Below, piece by piece: positions 25,299 through 39,247 of a stretch of DNA of 64,000 bases (position 1 is the first letter of the stretch; each line of letters opens with the position of its first letter). The position numbers were made by a program, and so were the translations under genes. The notes under the pieces were generated by a model. That model did not search any database. It was not told where the DNA came from and saw only the letters and a list, made by a program, of their open reading frames with translations. The DNA is from Octopus vulgaris (lineage: Eukaryota): contig OX597829.1 of the NCBI GenBank assembly GCA_951406725.2, positions 45,880,001-45,944,000 on the forward strand. Reading direction: 5' to 3'.

Positions 25299-28200
25299 AA
25301 AGCAATCAAATAAACAAATCACCAAAACAATTAAAACCATCCACTCTCGCCTCAACATTTCTGCTTAATGCCCAAGGCATCAGCCCTTCCACCAATACAC
25401 AAAAATGGAAGATAAGATTCCTGGAGGACTGGGTCGAGGCCCATCCAAACCACATCCCTTTCTTCGTCCTCACTGAAACCCATCTTAGTGACCTCCACTT
25501 GGAAGCCGAGGTGAAAGTTAAAAATTTCAAAACCATTCGTGCTGATCGTGTTGGCAGAAGAAAGGGTGGGACTGCCATTTATGTCCATGATTCATTCTCA
25601 ACAGAAGCCATGAACATATTTTCGAATGGATACTGCGAAGCAGTCGCTGTATTCAGTCAAACCAACAACTTAACAGTAGTTGGGCTCTACAGACCACCCC
25701 AAACGCCCCTACCATGCTTCAAGGAATGCCTCAACAGCATAAAGTGTTTCATTCAGCAGTGTCAACCTGACAACATTTTAATGATGGGAGATTTCAACCT
25801 TCCCGGGGTTGACTGGTCTATAAACAGTCTGCCGCCAGGTTCTTCTCTCTCAACCCCTGACAGGGAGGCAGTGGAATCGCTTCTTGACTTCATGGATGAC
25901 TTCTTCTTGTCCCAACTGGTACTCGAACCAACGAGATGTCACAAAAACGTCTTAGACTTAATTTTCAGCAATCACACTGATACTATCTACAATATTGCAG
26001 TGGAGAAAACCCTACTCTCCGACCATGACATGGTTCTCTGTGATCTGAGATTTCACTGGCCAAAATGCAAAACAAATGTCATCCCTCCTGTTCATCCATT
26101 TGACACTATGGATTTCCACAATGCAAACTGGGAAGCGATCAATAATGATCTTGCACAAGTCGATTGGTCCTTCACGCACACATACACACCCACTAACATC
26201 AAAAAGTCCTGGCAGTCACTTGTAGACACCATCACGAACATATGTGCAAGACACACCCCATTAAGATCTGCAAACAAATCTAAGTGTCGAATCCCTAGAA
26301 ATAGAAAATCTCTCATAAGGAAAATTAAAAGAATCAACAAAAAGATCAACATGCTGAAATACTGTCAACAGCAACACACCAACCTGACTGCCATCTCGTC
26401 GCTAGAGATTAAAAAACATAAACTCCAAAACAACATGATGTCTATCATCAATAGTCAGCGAAGAGCTGAAGAGGCCTGGGCCATTGAGAAGATCAAACTC
26501 AATCCCAAAGTGTTCTTTTCATTTGCAAAAAAACACAGAGTCACTGGTACTACTGTTGGCCCTCTGTTTGATGAAAATGGTACTCTTCAAGACAATGCCA
26601 AAACCATGGGAGAAATATTGCAGAAACAATATTGCTCTGTTTTCAGCAATCCTGATATGACTGATCTGGGCTGTATCAGTGATGTTACTCCCCAATACAC
26701 TTTATCGGACATAACATTTGGCGCTCCTGATGTCTTAGCAGCAATAAAGGAAATGAAGCATAATTCAGCAGTAGGTCCCGATAGGTTCCCTGCTTGTGTC
26801 TTGAAGATGTGTCAAAACCAACTTGCACCCCCTCTAGCCAATCTGTGGCGGAACTCATTGGATGCTGGATATATACCAGAAGACCTTCTATCCCAGTCTG
26901 TTGTCCCAGTTTTCAAAAAAGGAAACAAATCGCTTGCCGTGAATTACCGTCCAATCTCACTCACCTCTCATATCATCAAGGTATTTGAGAGGGTGCTGAG
27001 ATCGCGTATGACTCACTTCCTTGAGAGTCATAATATGCTGAACCCCAACCAGCATGGATTCCGTAATGGGAGAGATTGCCTGACGCAGCTACTGCATCAT
27101 TTTGATGACATTTTGAGAGCCTTGGGAGAGGGTTCCAACACTGATGTCATCTACCTTGATTTCAGCAAGGCCTTTGACAGGGTTGATCATAAGATCCTTC
27201 TGAGAAAGCTGTCCAATATTGGTGTCACTGGAAAGCTGCTGCAATGGATCAAGTGCTTCCTCTCTAACAGAACCCAACATGTTGTAGTCGAAGGAGTCAA
27301 ATCCAGCCCAGCCAAAGTCAGCAGTGGTGTCCCACAAGGCACTGTGTTGGGCCCACTTCTCTTCATCATCTACATAAATGACATTACTGACACCATCAAA
27401 CACAGCAACATCAGAACCTTCGCTGATGATTCCAAGCTCCAGAAGGTCATCAATGGCGTGGATGACCGAATAAACCTTCAGTCAGACCTACTAGCTGTTG
27501 TCCAATGGGCGGAAAAGAATAACATGTTGCTAAATGAAGACAAATTCGAACTGATCCACTTTGGAAGGGAGGACGCTCTGAAACTCCCATACTCTCTTCC
27601 TTCTGGAGAAATTCTCATGGCATCCAACAACATCAGAGACCTGGGAGTAACAGTGGACAACAACATAAGCTGGGCTACACATATAAGCAGCAAAGTTGAC
27701 ATGGCCCGCAGAATGTGTTCCTGGATTCTCAGAACCTTCCAGTCGAGAGATTCCCACGCTATTATCCTTCTCTTCTCCACTTTTGCCCGACCCCACCTTG
27801 AATACTGCTGTCCACTGTGGTCTCCCTACACAAAACAAAATATTATGAGAATTGAAGCTCCCCAAAGGTCAATCACAAAAAAGATAGATGGCATGTCAGA
27901 CCTTGACTACTGGGGTAGACTAGAGAAGCTGAAATTGTATTCACTCCAACGACGCCGTGAACGCTACATTATCTGTATGATGTGGAAAATATTCCATCAG
28001 CACTGTCCGAATGATGTTGGCATCACCTTCAAAATGCATCCAAGGCTTGGACCACGTGCCATCCGTCCACAACAAAAATCTAAATCGCATCACATAACGA
28101 CAATACGGCACAACTATTTCACCTCAATTGGACCCGCTCTCTTCAACATTACACCAGGACACGTCAAAAAAGAAACTGACCACACAAAATTCAAGAAGTC

Positions 28201-28306
28201 TTTGGACAAATTCCTTCAAACAGTACCGGACAAACCATCCACACCCGGATATGTCTCCGCAAACAATAACTCTCTGCTCGAATGGGCCTTGGTGCCCAAA
28301 TCCTGA
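25289..28306 (+). CDS. LINE ORF2: apurinic-like endonuclease + reverse transcriptase, 1005 aa, intact
   Basis: APE motifs LNAQG, LTETH, YRPP, MGDFNLP, LDLIF, SDHD; RT motifs [32 protein letters not shown]. Confidence 0.95.
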   Translation: MPLKSNQINKSPKQLKPSTLASTFLLNAQGISPSTNTQKWKIRFLEDWVEAHPNHIPFFVLTETHLSDLHLEAEVKVKNFKTIRADRVGRRKGGTAIYVHDSFSTEAMNIFSNGYCEAVAVFSQTNNLTVVGLYRPPQTPLPCFKECLNSIKCFIQQCQPDNILMMGDFNLPGVDWSINSLPPGSSLSTPDREAVESLLDFMDDFFLSQLVLEPTRCHKNVLDLIFSNHTDTIYNIAVEKTLLSDHDMVLCDLRFHWPKCKTNVIPPVHPFDTMDFHNANWEAINNDLAQVDWSFTHTYTPTNIKKSWQSLVDTITNICARHTPLRSANKSKCRIPRNRKSLIRKIKRINKKINMLKYCQQQHTNLTAISSLEIKKHKLQNNMMSIINSQRRAEEAWAIEKIKLNPKVFFSFAKKHRVTGTTVGPLFDENGTLQDNAKTMGEILQKQYCSVFSNPDMTDLGCISDVTPQYTLSDITFGAPDVLAAIKEMKHNSAVGPDRFPACVLKMCQNQLAPPLANLWRNSLDAGYIPEDLLSQSVVPVFKKGNKSLAVNYRPISLTSHIIKVFERVLRSRMTHFLESHNMLNPNQHGFRNGRDCLTQLLHHFDDILRALGEGSNTDVIYLDFSKAFDRVDHKILLRKLSNIGVTGKLLQWIKCFLSNRTQHVVVEGVKSSPAKVSSGVPQGTVLGPLLFIIYINDITDTIKHSNIRTFADDSKLQKVINGVDDRINLQSDLLAVVQWAEKNNMLLNEDKFELIHFGREDALKLPYSLPSGEILMASNNIRDLGVTVDNNISWATHISSKVDMARRMCSWILRTFQSRDSHAIILLFSTFARPHLEYCCPLWSPYTKQNIMRIEAPQRSITKKIDGMSDLDYWGRLEKLKLYSLQRRRERYIICMMWKIFHQHCPNDVGITFKMHPRLGPRAIRPQQKSKSHHITTIRHNYFTSIGPALFNITPGHVKKETDHTKFKKSLDKFLQTVPDKPSTPGYVSANNNSLLEWALVPKS

Positions 28307-28462
28307 ACTGAAAGACTTCGCCAGGTGGTGCTATTAAGTTAGACATGGCCTGGGCCAATACTGGCCCAAAACCTTTCTAAGTTATTCTAAGTTACATATA
28401 TATATATATATGTGTGTGTGTGTGTATATATATATATGTATATATATGTATATATATATATA

Positions 28463-28531
<69 letters not shown>

Positions 28532-28651
28532 GTATATATATGTAAACTCACATAAACACTTACACTTTATAGCGCCGTAAATCTAATTATATATTTGAAA
28601 ACCAAAATATAAAATATTTTCTATGCGTAACAATACATCAAACATATATAT

Positions 28652-28692
<41 letters not shown>

Positions 28693-28871
28693 TATCAGTA
28701 GAAACCGTTACTAGCATCGAATACACTATACAAATTTAATTGCCTTCGGGGAAGTTGCAAACCGTATGATAATGTATCTTATTTACTTAAGTTATCACAA
28801 AATAACATTAAGTGCATTTTAATTAATCCAATTGTATAAAAACAACAACAACAACAACAATAACGGTAGCT

Positions 28872-28904
<33 letters not shown>

Positions 28905-29129
28905 CCATTATCATCAACAGCAACAACAACAACAACAACAACAACAACAGCCATAACAACAAAATAAACCAAGGCAGAAGAAGAATACTAATTAGGAAAT
29001 TTGAAAGATTTTTATATCTCTAGAAGCGAAATTTTTTTGTCATACGATATACCGTTGCTTATTTGTAAATTTAAGCTTCTCTCTCTCTCTCTCTCTCTCT
29101 CCCTTCCTCTGCATACATACATATATACA

Positions 29130-29161
<32 letters not shown>

Positions 29162-29306
29162 CATACATATGTATATGTATGAATATATATATACACATGT
29201 GTACACAAGCATATATATATGTGTACACATACTCACAGACATATACATATATGCAATTTACATATTCATACCAAGCAAGTACTCATGCGCATTTATATAG
29301 ATGAAT

Positions 29307-29352
<46 letters not shown>

Positions 29353-29744
29353 ACCCATATTACGAGTGCTCTGATACATCTGTTTACGTGTTTGCTTGTC
29401 TATCTATTTATCTGTCTGTCTGTCTTTCTCTCTCTGTCTCTGTTTATCTATCTATGTATCTATCTCCATGTCTCTACACCCGTCTATTTATCCATCCATC
29501 TACCCCACCGACGCACACATATATATATCCATCCATCCATCCATCCACCCATCCATCATTCTCATAAATACATTTATACATACATTCATACACATAAATA
29601 CATTCATACGCACACATACACATAAATACATTCATACACACACATACGTATACACTTACACATACACATACCTGCATGCATATATACATACATAGACACA
29701 CATAAACGTACGTAATACATACATACGTACATGATTCATGCACA

Positions 29745-29912
29745 CTGTATAATACCAAAAGTCCCAACATAGCCGTCTGGATACAGGTCCAAATAATGCA
29801 ACAGCTTGGTCGTCAAGGGCCCACAACTCTTAAATATCGACCCACAAAGCCTAAGAGACCTACATGGCTACATGGGTTGATCGTAGGAGTCTTCAAAACA
29901 AAACTGGATCTC
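29745..29912 (+). mobile_element. short decayed fragment of a LINE-A-related ORF2 C-terminus
   Basis: aagggcccacaactctt..cctaagagacctacatgg..gtcttcaaaacaaaactggatctc parallels 23640-23730 ([24 protein letters not shown]). Confidence 0.7.
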
Positions 29913-30058
29913 AATACATACATACATTCATACATACACACACACATACATTCATACATACATACATACATACATACATACATGCATGCATGCATACATA
30001 CATACATACATACATACATACATACATACATACATACATACATACATACATACATACA

Positions 30059-30090
<32 letters not shown>

Positions 30091-30110
30091 CACACACATA
30101 TTGACATATA

Positions 30111-30344
30111 TATTTCTTTATTGTCCACAAGGGGCTAAACCTTGAGGGGACAAACAAGGACAGACAAAGGGATTAAGTCGATTACACCGATCCCAGTGCG
30201 AAACTGGTTCTTTATTTAATCGACCCCGAAAGGATGAAAGGCAAAGTCGACCTCGGCGGAATTTGAACTCAGAACGTAACGGCAGGTGAAATACGGCTAC
30301 GCATTTCGTCCGGCGCGCTAACGTTTCTGCCAGCTCGCCGCCTT
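30111..30344 (-). mobile_element. SINE, second family, full length
   Basis: Reverse complement aaggcggcgagctggcagaaacgttagcg...gagttcaaattccgccgaggtcgactttgcctttcatcctttcggggtcga... Confidence 0.88.
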
Positions 30345-30855
30345 ATGGACATATAGCCAAACAAATTTTCAAGATTTAATCATAACCACAACCAAGAGTT
30401 TGACGCTTGAAAACAGCAGGAAACAACCATGAATATATGCGCACATAAATAAGCGAACTTGTATGCCCATATTATATGACTAACGAATTTAACAGCAACA
30501 TCATTGATTTTTATTGACATGAGATGAATATTTGATAATAAATTCAACGTAATTTATAAGATATTAAATTGCCACAAAGTGATTCATGTGTCACAAATTT
30601 CAACGGGTGAGAGTTTTTGTCACGAAATTATTGTAGATTTTTTTTAATAGTAATTATCGTTATCCCCCGAAGGCGATTAAACGTTACCGTGGACAAATAA
30701 TTAGTTATGATGATTAATTTAATTCGTGTCTGTCGACAGAAATGCCGTTTTGTGAGTTAGAATTCGGAAGCAGTCAGTGTATTGAAAAATAAAAATAAAT
30801 TGTGTTGTATATATTATTTATTCATAGCAGTGTCAATATAAGTTAATCCGATGGG

Positions 30856-30867
30856 TACATACATACA

Positions 30868-30901
<34 letters not shown>

Positions 30902-31434
30902 CATAATATACATACATAATACGTACATACATACATATATACATAATATACATACATATTTACATACATACACACATACATACATACATACATACATACA
31001 TACATACATACATACACACATACATGCATTACATACATGTACGTATACATAATACATACATATATGCATATATACATACATACATGCATGGGTGCAAACA
31101 TACATACATAATACAATACATAAATACATACATGCATACATACATACATACATACATACATACATGCAAGCATACATACATGCATGCATACATACATACA
31201 TACATTCATACATACATACATATATACATAAATACATACATGCATGCATACATACATACATACATACACACATACATACATACATACATACATACACACA
31301 TACATGCATTCATACATACATACATACATACATAGATACATACATTCATACATACTTACATACATACATACATACATACATACATGCATACATACATACA
31401 CATACATACATACATACATACATACATACATACA

Positions 31435-31468
<34 letters not shown>

Positions 31469-32472
31469 CATACATACATACATACATACATGCATATATA
31501 CATACATACATACATTCATACATACATACATACATGCATACATACATACATACATACACACACACACATACACACACATACATACATACATACATACATA
31601 CATGCATATATACATACATACATACATACATTCATACATACATTCATACATACATACATACATACATACATACATACATACATGCATATATACATACATA
31701 CATACATACATACATTCATTCATACATACATACATACATACATACATACATACATACATACATACATTCATACATTCATACATACATACATATATGCATA
31801 TATACATACATACATGCATGGGTGCAAACATACACACATAATACAATACATAAATACATACATGCATACATACATACATACATACATGCAAGCATACATA
31901 CATGCATGCATACATACATACATACATACATTCATACATACATTCATACATACATACATACATACATACATACATACATACATACATTCATACATACATA
32001 CATACATACATTCATACATACATTCATACATACATACATACATACATTCATACATACATACATACATACATACATACATTCATACATTCATACATACATA
32101 CATACATACATACATACATTCATACATACATATATACATACATACATACATACATACATACATGCATACATACATACACATACATACATACATACATACA
32201 TAGATACATACATACATACATACATACATACATGCATACATACATACATACATACATTCATACATACATTCATACATACATACATACATACATACATGCA
32301 TATATACATACATACATACATACATACATGCATGCATACATACATGCATGCATACATACATACATACATACATACATACATACATACATACACACATACA
32401 TACATACACACATACATACATACATGCATGCATATATACATGCATACATGCATACACACATGCATACACACA
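30856..32472. repeat. 1.6-kb (TACA)n degenerate microsatellite array
   Basis: Visible repeat; internal duplicated variant block at ~31057-31200 / ~31787-31920. Confidence 0.95.
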
Positions 32473-32474
32473 TG

Positions 32475-32975
32475 TTCTGCTCTATTTCATCGATCATACC
32501 CGTCTCGTATTTCTTCTCTTTGTCAACGGCATGTCTGACTCTACCATCCGTGACCTCCCAGATGACTATTCAGTCACGATACACACACACCTGCACAGTT
32601 CGAAGCTCAGGTGACAGACGGAAGCTGTAACTTACAATGCGTTTCTGGAGGGGGGGGTCTGCACATCCCATCCTCTATTAACGCAATTGGACTTTCTGCT
32701 GTAGATGGAATGACAAGTGAGATTACCCTAAGTAGACATCTGTATATCATTTGATTATTGTGATAAACGGTTTTGCATCGCAAAATTTACTCTCTGATTG
32801 TCCGTAATAATTATCTAGTGACAGGTGGAAGCGAGATAACTAGTAATCACGTGAAGCCTCCAGTTTCACATTAGAACGTTCCTCTTTAGGAACCGTGCTG
32901 TGGCAACACTTAGGGGTCCCTTACTGCTGGTGGTGTTTTACTGTGCGCCCCGACACCAGCCAAGAGAATAGAAAT
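32475..32975 (+). pseudogene. highly decayed LINE RT fragment
   Basis: Peptide traces FLLFVNGMSDSTI..PDD (cf. LFLLFIND..ADD) and a segment resembling EWGSANL.FNA.KT; many indels. Confidence 0.4.
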
Positions 32976-34179
32976 ATGTATGTATGTATGCATGTATGTA
33001 TGTATGTATGTATGTATGTATGTATGTATGTATGTATGTATGGATGGATGGATGGATGGACGGATGTATGTATGTATGTATGTATGTATGTATGTATGTA
33101 TGTATGTATGTATGTATGTATGTATGTATGTATGTATGTATGTATGTGTGTATGTATGTATGTTTGTATCTATGTATGTATGTGTGTGTGTGTATGTATG
33201 TGTATGTATGTATGTATGTATGTATGTATGTATGTATACATGTTTGTATGTTTGTATGTATGTATGTATGTATGTACGTATGCATGCTTGCATGTATGTA
33301 TGTATGTATGCATGCATGTATGTATGTATACATGCATGTATGTATATATGTATCTATCTATCTATCTGTGTGTGTATCTATCTAGCTGTCTATATCTCTG
33401 TCTCTTTCTCTCTCTCTCTCATCTAATATAATAAATGCTTAAACTAATTTGACCCCCTCTCTCACAATTCAATGACACTTCTACAGTTGATGATGTTTTA
33501 TTAAAAGTAGTAGTGTTGATGGTGGCAGTGGGAGTAATAATAAGATAGAGAGAGAGAAAGAGTGGGTATGTGAGAGAAAGAGGGACTGAACACTGAACTC
33601 ATTTTCTTAGTACTACCACCATCGCCACCACATCTGCCATACATACACCATTCAGACTTCTGATATCACCCCCATCAATACCTTTGACTCCATCATCACC
33701 ACTGTCCACTTCCCCTCCACCACCACCACCACCACCGCCGCCACCAATTGAACGTTTCTTATTAAATATTGCTTTGTTTCTTTCCAGATAAAATATCATC
33801 CGAGTATTCAAAAAATTCAAAAGTAACAAGTAGTGACTTCTCTGTTATGAAGCATCTGTAGAGAATAGGGTTTAGCTCCAAAGGACGTTCGTGATGATAT
33901 TTGAAGATGATGCACTATCAACATTGCAAAATTGTGCAGGTGAATTTAGGAGAGGAAGGGAGGCTCTTTCTTGAAAGTCATCCGAAGTCTGGACGTTCTG
34001 CAACTGCCCACCACCGAAGAAAAAAATTAATCGTGTTTACCATCCATAGTGGTAGATGAGTGGCGATTGCCTATAAATGAAATAGAAAATACTATTAGTA
34101 TATCTCGTGAGAGAGCTGAGAATACATTATTTACATTATTTACGTTTGACGGATACTTGTCCTCATCTTTTTTGTTGTT

Positions 34180-34225
34180 AACACAACATTTCGGCTGATA
34201 TACCCTCCAGCCTTCATCAGGTGTT
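34180..34225 (-). ncRNA. minimal type I hammerhead ribozyme motif in SINE tail
   Basis: aacac-CTGATGA-a-GGCTG-gagggtatat-CAGCC-GAAA-tgt-t-gtgtt. Confidence 0.65.
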
Positions 34226-34290
34226 TTGAGGAAATTTCGAACCTGGGTTCCCATTTCTAAGGTATTTTTCGATGTTGTTGTTGTTGTTAC

Positions 34291-35754
<1,464 letters not shown>

Positions 35755-37439
35755 TCACTGCTTGGAATCCAACTCGGAATCTCGTGGTTAGTAGCCCGTG
35801 CTCTTAACCACTAAGCCATATGAGTTGAGAATATTGTGTACAATGAACGTGGAATGACGACGGCTTCTGCTCTGTCGCTACCACTTCTTATGACATCTGA
35901 TCAAAAGCGCACCGGGCTGATCATAACACAGTAAAATCTGACATTGTTCAAAACAGATCCAGCTGGTTTTCTTGAACGTTTCCTAAGCCAAGATGAGTGT
36001 TGGGCGAATCACTTCGAGCATGACACAAAGAGACAATCAATGCAGTGGAAGTATCCCGACTCACCTGCTCGAAGGAAGACCAAATTCATTTCATCTGTAG
36101 GAAAGGTAATGGCCAAAGGTTTTCTGGGATGCAAAAGGCATTGGGTTTATCTTCAAAAGGGCCATACCATCAATGGAGAGTACTATGCCAACTTGCCGAG
36201 GCAGTTACGAAAGGCTATCAACACCAAACACTCAAGAAAACTGATGAAAGGTGTATTGAATCATCAGGACAACGTTCCAGCACAGAAGTCCTTGGTCTCA
36301 ATGGCAGCTGTGCGCGACTGTGGCTTCGAATTAGATGATCACACTCCTTACTCTCTTGATTCGGCCCCTTCTGACTATTCCCCAACAATCTTGGCTTGGA
36401 ACCAGTATAGAAGTGATGACGTCATATCTGCTGTTGGTGAGGGTTTTTACCGACAGGACGAAAGTTTCTTCACGAATGAGATCCAAGCACTGCAACAAAG
36501 ACTAAAGAAGTGTATGAACCGCAAGGAGGACTTATGGTCACATTCCATGAGCTCAGCCTATGAACTTTTTAGCCGACCCCCGGAAACGCTATGGACTACT
36601 ACGTTTAAACGTTGCTGAGATGCTCATTGACATTCTCGCAGTTCTATAGATTCACAGGAAGGCTGCCATTGTCCAGGCGATATCCGAAATGAATAAAGGC
36701 AGCTAAATGCAGACATGTCAATGATTCTGGTCCTGAATTGAAACAAGCATCAAAGATGAAGGAAGATTCATAGAATAATCTTTCTATTAAAATACGTTTG
36801 GTTTTTGCTAGCTTAGATTTGTTTCATTCAATTACCAAATATGTCCTCAAATACCTCTCGCACCCAGTACATATATACTATAGATATATTCATATAACCT
36901 TATAATATGTTGGTATGCATGTGTATCTGTGTGTGTGTGTGTGTGTGTGAGTGTGTGTGTACATTAGGCTGAATAACAATATGAAAATATTTACAAAACT
37001 CAATTAAAATGTCAAGTAATTTATATACATATGAAACAATACAAATTGAATATCCAAGAAGCTATTAGCAACCACACTAAATGATCTGTAATTCGTATTA
37101 TTTTTACCCTGTTCTGCACTCACTCTCTCTCTTTCTCCCCCCCCACACACACATACACACGCATATGTATATTATATGTGTGTGTGTGCGTACGCACATC
37201 GATTGTGAGCAATTTTCGTTTTACATGTAGGCTTGCAAAGTTTTATGTTATTGCATTTTAATTTTTTTAGTTATTTTATTTCAAAACTTAAATTTTGATT
37301 TTATTTTTATTTTTATCCGAGGACTTTGGTATATGCAAGTGCTTAATTGCAACTCTATTTTTTAGCATTGATATTTGCACTACATCTGAACTTAGAATGG
37401 AAAAGGAAAGAGAAAAGAAAAAAGGAGACGAAACACAAG

Positions 37440-37992
<553 letters not shown>

Positions 37993-38188
37993 TTTTACAA
38001 GTTAACAGCTATCTTAATTCTTCCACCCAATGAATAAAAGTAAAATAAAATTAAGTACGCAACAGCACTCACTGATGATTCCAGATAAACAAATTTAGAA
38101 TCGAAGCTGTTGTCTGATTACTGCAAGTATTTTTCTAACTGCTAACCAGTTTATTTCTTTTAATACCGAAAAATACAATAATATGAAA

Positions 38189-38221
<33 letters not shown>

Positions 38222-38727
38222 AAAAGAAAAAACAAAAAAAAATGTAAAAAAGGAAGAATCTGCATTTTCATTCTTGTTTCTTTTCCAATCACCGAAATAT
38301 CAAAATTTTGCTTCATCACATATATATATATTTTTTTTACCCTTTAATGCACTTTTCATTGCAGCATAAATAGAATGATCGAAATATAGCATATCTTAGT
38401 TAATGTACTCAGGTAAAAAAAAATAAATAAATAAACAAAAAATATAAATTGTATTTTACTAAAGCTTAAAGACACCAGCATAGTCTTGTAGTTAAGGTGC
38501 CTGCTTTGCAGCAATACTGTTCCTGGAGTCGATCCAGGAACGATGTCGTTGAGCGGCAGTTTAGGGAAGTGTTATGTGTTGTAACTACGGCTTCGTCCTA
38601 AGGTGTTTAAGTGACACTTGAAGAAACGAACCTGTGCGTATGTCTATTGGCACACACATACAATGCCTTGAATGTGTGTGCATGTGTTGTGTGCGTGTGT
38701 GTCTGTGTCCATTCTCATTCGTCCATC

Positions 38728-38772
<45 letters not shown>

Positions 38773-38877
38773 GTTTAAATAATGTAAAAAATAAATATCA
38801 CTGAAGCAAAATAACACCAAATATATAGTGCGTGTGTTTTTATTGGCTAAACTGGCAATATGACCATTCCGAAATAT

Positions 38878-38938
<61 letters not shown>

Positions 38939-39076
38939 CATATATACGGCTACGCATTTCGCCCGGCTTGCTAACGGTTCTGCCAGCTCGTGCTAACGGT
39001 TCTGATAGACGAAATACCGCTAAGCATTACGTCCGGCTTACCACCTTCATAAGACAACATATTTTCAAAGATAAGA

Positions 39077-39175
39077 GTGCATATAGTTATATACACAAAG
39101 GAAGACCTACAGCAGCACTCCTGACATAAGGAGTCCTGCTATAGGTCTTTTCTTTCTGTATATGTCTACATGCAC
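39077..39175. repeat. ~46-bp-arm imperfect hairpin
   Basis: gtgcatatagttatatacacaaaggaagacctacagcagcactcct-gacata-aggagtcctgctataggtcttttctttctgtatatgtctacatgcac. Confidence 0.8.
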
Positions 39176-39186
39176 ACACACACACA

Positions 39187-39247
<61 letters not shown>

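Larger units (their letters stand above)
24310..28394 (+). mobile_element. near-full-length CR1/L2-group LINE (LINE-B) with ORF1 and intact ORF2
   Basis: ORF1 overlapping ORF2, 3' stem-loop, (ttctaagtta)2 tail, (TA)n flanks. Confidence 0.92.

Noticed and set aside
32636-32698. Apparent 63-nt minus-strand exon (ESPIALIEDGMCRPPPPETH) with good splice sites
   Set aside because: The + strand looks like a decayed LINE RT remnant, so the splice signals are likely fortuitous; exonisation cannot be excluded.
38065-38115. CTGATGA...GAA hammerhead-like motif
   Set aside because: No properly placed GAAA and no stems I/III.
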